This document shows positions 60,849-64,000 of a DNA stretch of 64,000 nt, in pieces (position 1 is the first letter of the stretch; every line of letters begins with the position of its first letter). Location of the stretch: contig JACPWF010000024.1 of assembly GCA_016197155.1 (NCBI GenBank), positions 17,432 to 81,431 on the forward strand, written 5' to 3'. The stretch comes from Candidatus Omnitrophota bacterium (lineage in GTDB: Bacteria; Omnitrophota; Gorgyraeia; 2-02-FULL-51-18). The position numbers were made by a program, and so were the translations under genes. A model generated the notes under the pieces. The model had not been told where the DNA came from. It worked only from the letters and a program-made list of their open reading frames with translations, and searched no databases.

Positions 60849-60906
60849 CGTGGGCTCATCCTAACAAAAGCCAAAACAGAAGTCAATTTGTGTTACAATT
60901 TTCCCG

Positions 60907-61635
60907 ATGAAGTTGACCTTTTTCGAGCATTTGGGCGAGCTGAGAAAGCGGATTCTCATTTCTCTTTTCGGGATCCTCGCGGCCGCGCTCGTCGCGTACG
61001 TCTATTCCGATCGTCTCCTGGCATTTGTCGTCTCTCCCCTGCGCGGCGCGGTGAAAGAGATCTATTTTTTTTCCCCGCCGGAAGCGTTTGTGATCAAGGT
61101 GAAGCTCGCGATTTTGGGCGGGGTCTTTCTCGCCCTGCCGCTTCTGGCTGTGCAGTTGTGGCTTTTTGTCTCGCCGGCGCTTTACGGAAGGGAAAGAAAA
61201 TTGATCCTGCCGCTTGCGGCAGTCACGTCCCTGCTTTTTCTTTCGGGGGCGGCGTTTTGTTTTTTTTTAGTGATGCCGGTGGCGCTCAAATTTCTTATCG
61301 GGATGCAAAGCGATTTTTTGAAGCCCATGATCTCGATGGGCGAGTACACGGGTTTTTTGTCGGGGATGGTGCTGGCGTTCGGGGTCACGTTCAACCTGCC
61401 GCTTTTTATCCTCGCGGCCGTTTTTTCGGGTTTTTTGAGCGCGCGGACCTTAAACCGGTACCAGCGCCACGCGATTGTCCTCATTTTCATCGCGGCGGCC
61501 GTCATGACCCCCGGTCCGGATGTGGCGAGCCAGCTTTTTCTGGCCGTTCCGCTGCTTTTACTTTTTGAACTCAGTGTCGGCGCCGCGATGGCGGTGGAAT
61601 ATTTTAAAAAAAGAAAAAAGGTTCCTGCCGGATGA
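60907..61635 (+). CDS. tatC: twin-arginine translocase subunit TatC
   Basis: 242 aa, 6 TM. FEHLGELRKRIL, typical TatC. Confidence 0.9.
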   Translation: MKLTFFEHLGELRKRILISLFGILAAALVAYVYSDRLLAFVVSPLRGAVKEIYFFSPPEAFVIKVKLAILGGVFLALPLLAVQLWLFVSPALYGRERKLILPLAAVTSLLFLSGAAFCFFLVMPVALKFLIGMQSDFLKPMISMGEYTGFLSGMVLAFGVTFNLPLFILAAVFSGFLSARTLNRYQRHAIVLIFIAAAVMTPGPDVASQLFLAVPLLLLFELSVGAAMAVEYFKKRKKVPAG

Positions 61636-62558
61636 GCCTGATCTTTATCCCCCTTTTATTTTTTTTCGCGGCGGCCGTTTTTTTCATCCACGAGGCGTGG
61701 AAATACACGCGCCTCATCGGCAATATTTTTTTGAGCCTCGTCTATTCTCCGGCGCTTGAGCCCTTCGGATCCTCGAGGGGAGAGCGGATCACGATTTTGG
61801 ATTCGAGCCAGAACGAAATCCCCGCGCTTCTGGTCGAGAAAAAAGATTCCGCGCGCCTGGTCATTTTTTGCCACGAGTCCGGGGCCACGAAGGACTCCTG
61901 GGAAAAATACGCCTCTTTTCTGCCCGATAAGGGGTATTCGATTTTGAGCGTCGGTTTCGAAAAAAAATCCCAAAACGGCTCTCCGAACACGCTCGCGCAA
62001 TGGCCGACCGAAGAAGATGTGGCCAATCTCGTCACCGTGATCCGCTGGGCGAAAAAGGCGTTCCGGCAGGGGACGCGGATTTTTCTTTTCGGCGTTTCGA
62101 ACGGCGCGGACATCGCCCTCGCGGCCTCGTCCCACGATCCGGCGGTGGCGGCGGTGATCGCGGACGGACTTTTTTCCATGAAGGAAATCCTGCGCGATTA
62201 CATCCGGCGCTGGGCGCCGATCCTCGTGCGGCCCAATTTTTTCGGCGAGAATTATCCGGACTGGGTCGTTGGGCTTTTCGCGGGACTTGGTTTCTGGCGC
62301 TGTCAGAGGCAGTCGGGGACCACGTTTGTGGATGTTGAGAAATTTTTAAAGAAGCCGCACGTCCCGCTTCTCATGGTGCACGGGGAAGAGGACGACTACG
62401 TGCCGCCCAGCCATCAGCGCTTTTTGGACCGGCTCTCCGGAAAAGAACGCGGCACGGAACATTTGACGGTGCCCCAGGCCGGGCACAATCAGGCCATCGT
62501 GCGCGGCCGCGAGGTCTACGAGGAAAAGATTGTGAAGTTTTTGGAGCGCCTCGCGTGA
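61632..62558 (+). CDS. membrane-anchored alpha/beta hydrolase
   Basis: 308 aa. N-terminal TM, nucleophile elbow GVSNGA, HGEEDDYVP acid/His region. Confidence 0.65.
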   Translation: MSLIFIPLLFFFAAAVFFIHEAWKYTRLIGNIFLSLVYSPALEPFGSSRGERITILDSSQNEIPALLVEKKDSARLVIFCHESGATKDSWEKYASFLPDKGYSILSVGFEKKSQNGSPNTLAQWPTEEDVANLVTVIRWAKKAFRQGTRIFLFGVSNGADIALAASSHDPAVAAVIADGLFSMKEILRDYIRRWAPILVRPNFFGENYPDWVVGLFAGLGFWRCQRQSGTTFVDVEKFLKKPHVPLLMVHGEEDDYVPPSHQRFLDRLSGKERGTEHLTVPQAGHNQAIVRGREVYEEKIVKFLERLA

Positions 62559-63370
62559 AGAAAAAGGCATTCGCCATCGTTTTTGCCTCCGCCGTCCTTC
62601 TGCCGGCAGGCGCCGGCCTCTGGTTTTTTGGGCGGAGCATCCCCTGGCAGTCGGCCCCGTTTCTGTCTCCGGCCCACACCCGCGCCGAATCGGCCGTCGG
62701 CGACCTTCGGCGGATGTTGAAAGAGGCGATCGGCCGCTACCGTTCGCTGGACGACTACACCGCGATTTTTTACAAGGAAGAAAGGTCCGGCGGGAAATGG
62801 GAGCCGGAGGAGGAAATTTATTTTAAATTTGAAAAGCCATTCAAAATTTACATGGAATGGCTGAACACCCGTAAAATTGGCGTTCAGGTTTTTTATGAAC
62901 GGGGTTTTCACGGCAATCAATTGGCCGTTCACCTGCCGGGGTTTTTGTTCCAATTGAAGCCGGTCCTATTTCTTGACCGGGACAGTCCCTGGGTCCGCGA
63001 GGGGAGCGCGGCCTACGACATTGAGGACGCCGGGATCGGGAAATTTTTATTGGACTTGACCCGCGCGGTCGGCCGAGGCGCGGCCAGGCGCAAACTTCTC
63101 GTCAAATATTTTGAGAAAGAAAAAGACGGCCAATCCGTCGACATCACGTTTCCTCATTCGTCTCCGAACGAGGGATTTTTCGCGTACCGGGTCATCGTTT
63201 TCTTTGACGATGAGACAAAACTGCCTCTGCGGATGGAGCTTTTTGACTGGCACAACGAACCCATGGGGGTCTACGGCTACAAAAATTTAAAATTAAACGC
63301 CGGCCCCGCCGATCCCGAATTTAAACGGCGCATCCACGGCCGTCTTTTCCGAATCTACGCTCACACTTGA
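62555..63370 (+). CDS. secreted hypothetical protein (DUF1571-like)
   Basis: 271 aa with signal peptide. YRSLDDYTAIFYKEER block. Confidence 0.35.
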   Translation: MKKKAFAIVFASAVLLPAGAGLWFFGRSIPWQSAPFLSPAHTRAESAVGDLRRMLKEAIGRYRSLDDYTAIFYKEERSGGKWEPEEEIYFKFEKPFKIYMEWLNTRKIGVQVFYERGFHGNQLAVHLPGFLFQLKPVLFLDRDSPWVREGSAAYDIEDAGIGKFLLDLTRAVGRGAARRKLLVKYFEKEKDGQSVDITFPHSSPNEGFFAYRVIVFFDDETKLPLRMELFDWHNEPMGVYGYKNLKLNAGPADPEFKRRIHGRLFRIYAHT

Positions 63371-63396
63371 AAACCGCCGAAGCCCGTGGTATCATT

Positions 63397-63420
63397 ATGT
63401 ACGTAATAACGTACGTAAAT
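63397..63420. promoter_or_regulatory. palindromic candidate operator upstream of the YefM/RelE module
   Basis: atgTACGTAataaCGTACGTAaat, 12 nt upstream of the antitoxin start. Confidence 0.35.
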
Positions 63421-63431
63421 CAGAAAGGGGT

Positions 63432-63692
63432 TTGGAAGTGACCACATTGACCGTGACGCAGGCAAGGCAGAATTTGTTTGACCTTCTAAAGAAGTCGGTG
63501 AAGGGCCATGTCCCCGTGAAAATCACTTCCAGAACGGGTGACGCGGTGCTGTTGTCGGAAGAGGATTACGAAGGTTTGATCGAGACCCTCGAACTTCTTT
63601 CGACGCCGGGCATGGCCAAGAGCCTACGCGAGGCAAGGGCGGATATCCGGGCGGGCAGGACCAAATCGATTCAGGAAGTCTTTGGGCGGTGA
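63432..63692 (+). CDS. Phd/YefM family antitoxin
   Basis: 86 aa. TVTQARQNLFDLLK...VLLSEEDYEGLIETLELL. TTG/GTG start. Confidence 0.8.
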   Translation: MEVTTLTVTQARQNLFDLLKKSVKGHVPVKITSRTGDAVLLSEEDYEGLIETLELLSTPGMAKSLREARADIRAGRTKSIQEVFGR

Positions 63693-63949
63693 ATCCGGCG
63701 CCGTATGAAATCCTCATTACGCGCCGCGCCGAGAAGGATATTGAGAAACTCTCCCCCCAATTAAAAGACAAGCTTTACGGTATTCTCACCGAGGTCATCG
63801 CGGTCAATCCCTTTGAGGGCAAAAAGCTGGTTGGCGACCTAGAGGGGTATTATTCCCACCGCTTAAACTATCAAGACCGTATCGTTTATTCCATCCATTC
63901 AAAAAGAAGAACCGTCTACATCGAGCGCGCTCGCACGCATTACGAATAA
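63689..63949 (+). CDS. RelE/ParE (YoeB/Txe-like) toxin
   Basis: 86 aa. Overlaps the antitoxin stop. KLVGDLEGYYSHRLNYQDRIVYSI. Confidence 0.75.
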   Translation: MNPAPYEILITRRAEKDIEKLSPQLKDKLYGILTEVIAVNPFEGKKLVGDLEGYYSHRLNYQDRIVYSIHSKRRTVYIERARTHYE

Positions 63950-64000
63950 GAATCCCCGCGCCAGACCGAGGGGCGGCCGAAGAGGACGCGGCCGAGGCAC

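Overview
This is an origin-proximal chromosomal segment of a GC-rich (~58% GC) bacterium. No rRNA, CRISPR array, transposase or integrase was recognised. Positions 1-13.2 kb are almost entirely on the minus strand. They carry pheT(partial)-pheS-rplT-rpmI-infC-thrS, a tRNA-Cys/tRNA-Leu/tRNA-Val array, coaB, coaC, gmk, ndk, parB, parA, mnmG, yidC, yidD, rnpA and rpmH. jag, mnmE and rsmG are absent. A bipartite oriC (DnaA boxes on both sides of dnaA) then leads into dnaA-dnaN-DUF721-gyrB-gyrA on the plus strand. A tRNA-Glu overlaps the gyrA 3' end. Immediately after it lies a 13-kb nitrate-assimilation plus molybdenum-cofactor block: a GAF-ANTAR regulator, nirBD, two PII proteins, NarK, NasA, moaA, moaC-moaB, tauE, moeA, moaD, moaE and mobA. 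A 57-bp direct repeat brackets this block (21428-21484 and 34548-34604). The repeat belongs to a small GC-hairpin element family that abuts tRNA genes or tRNA fragments three times in the window. Downstream are a four-gene secreted/membrane cluster of unknown function, crcB-DUF190-DoxX-AspH, an LMF1-like membrane protein and a 480-bp AT-rich island. A sulfur module follows: cysD, cysN and cysH, a taurine/sulfonate-type ABC transporter interleaved with a JAMM protease, a ThiS-like carrier ending GG-AWA and a CysM-like synthase, then a BrnT/BrnA toxin-antitoxin pair and a Zn-ribbon ThrC-like enzyme next to a MoaD-NIL fusion protein. The ABC ATPase contains an in-frame TAG codon. The window ends with Rrf2, MTHFS, rny, ymdB, xseAB, ispA, dxs, tatC, a hydrolase and a YefM/RelE toxin-antitoxin pair.
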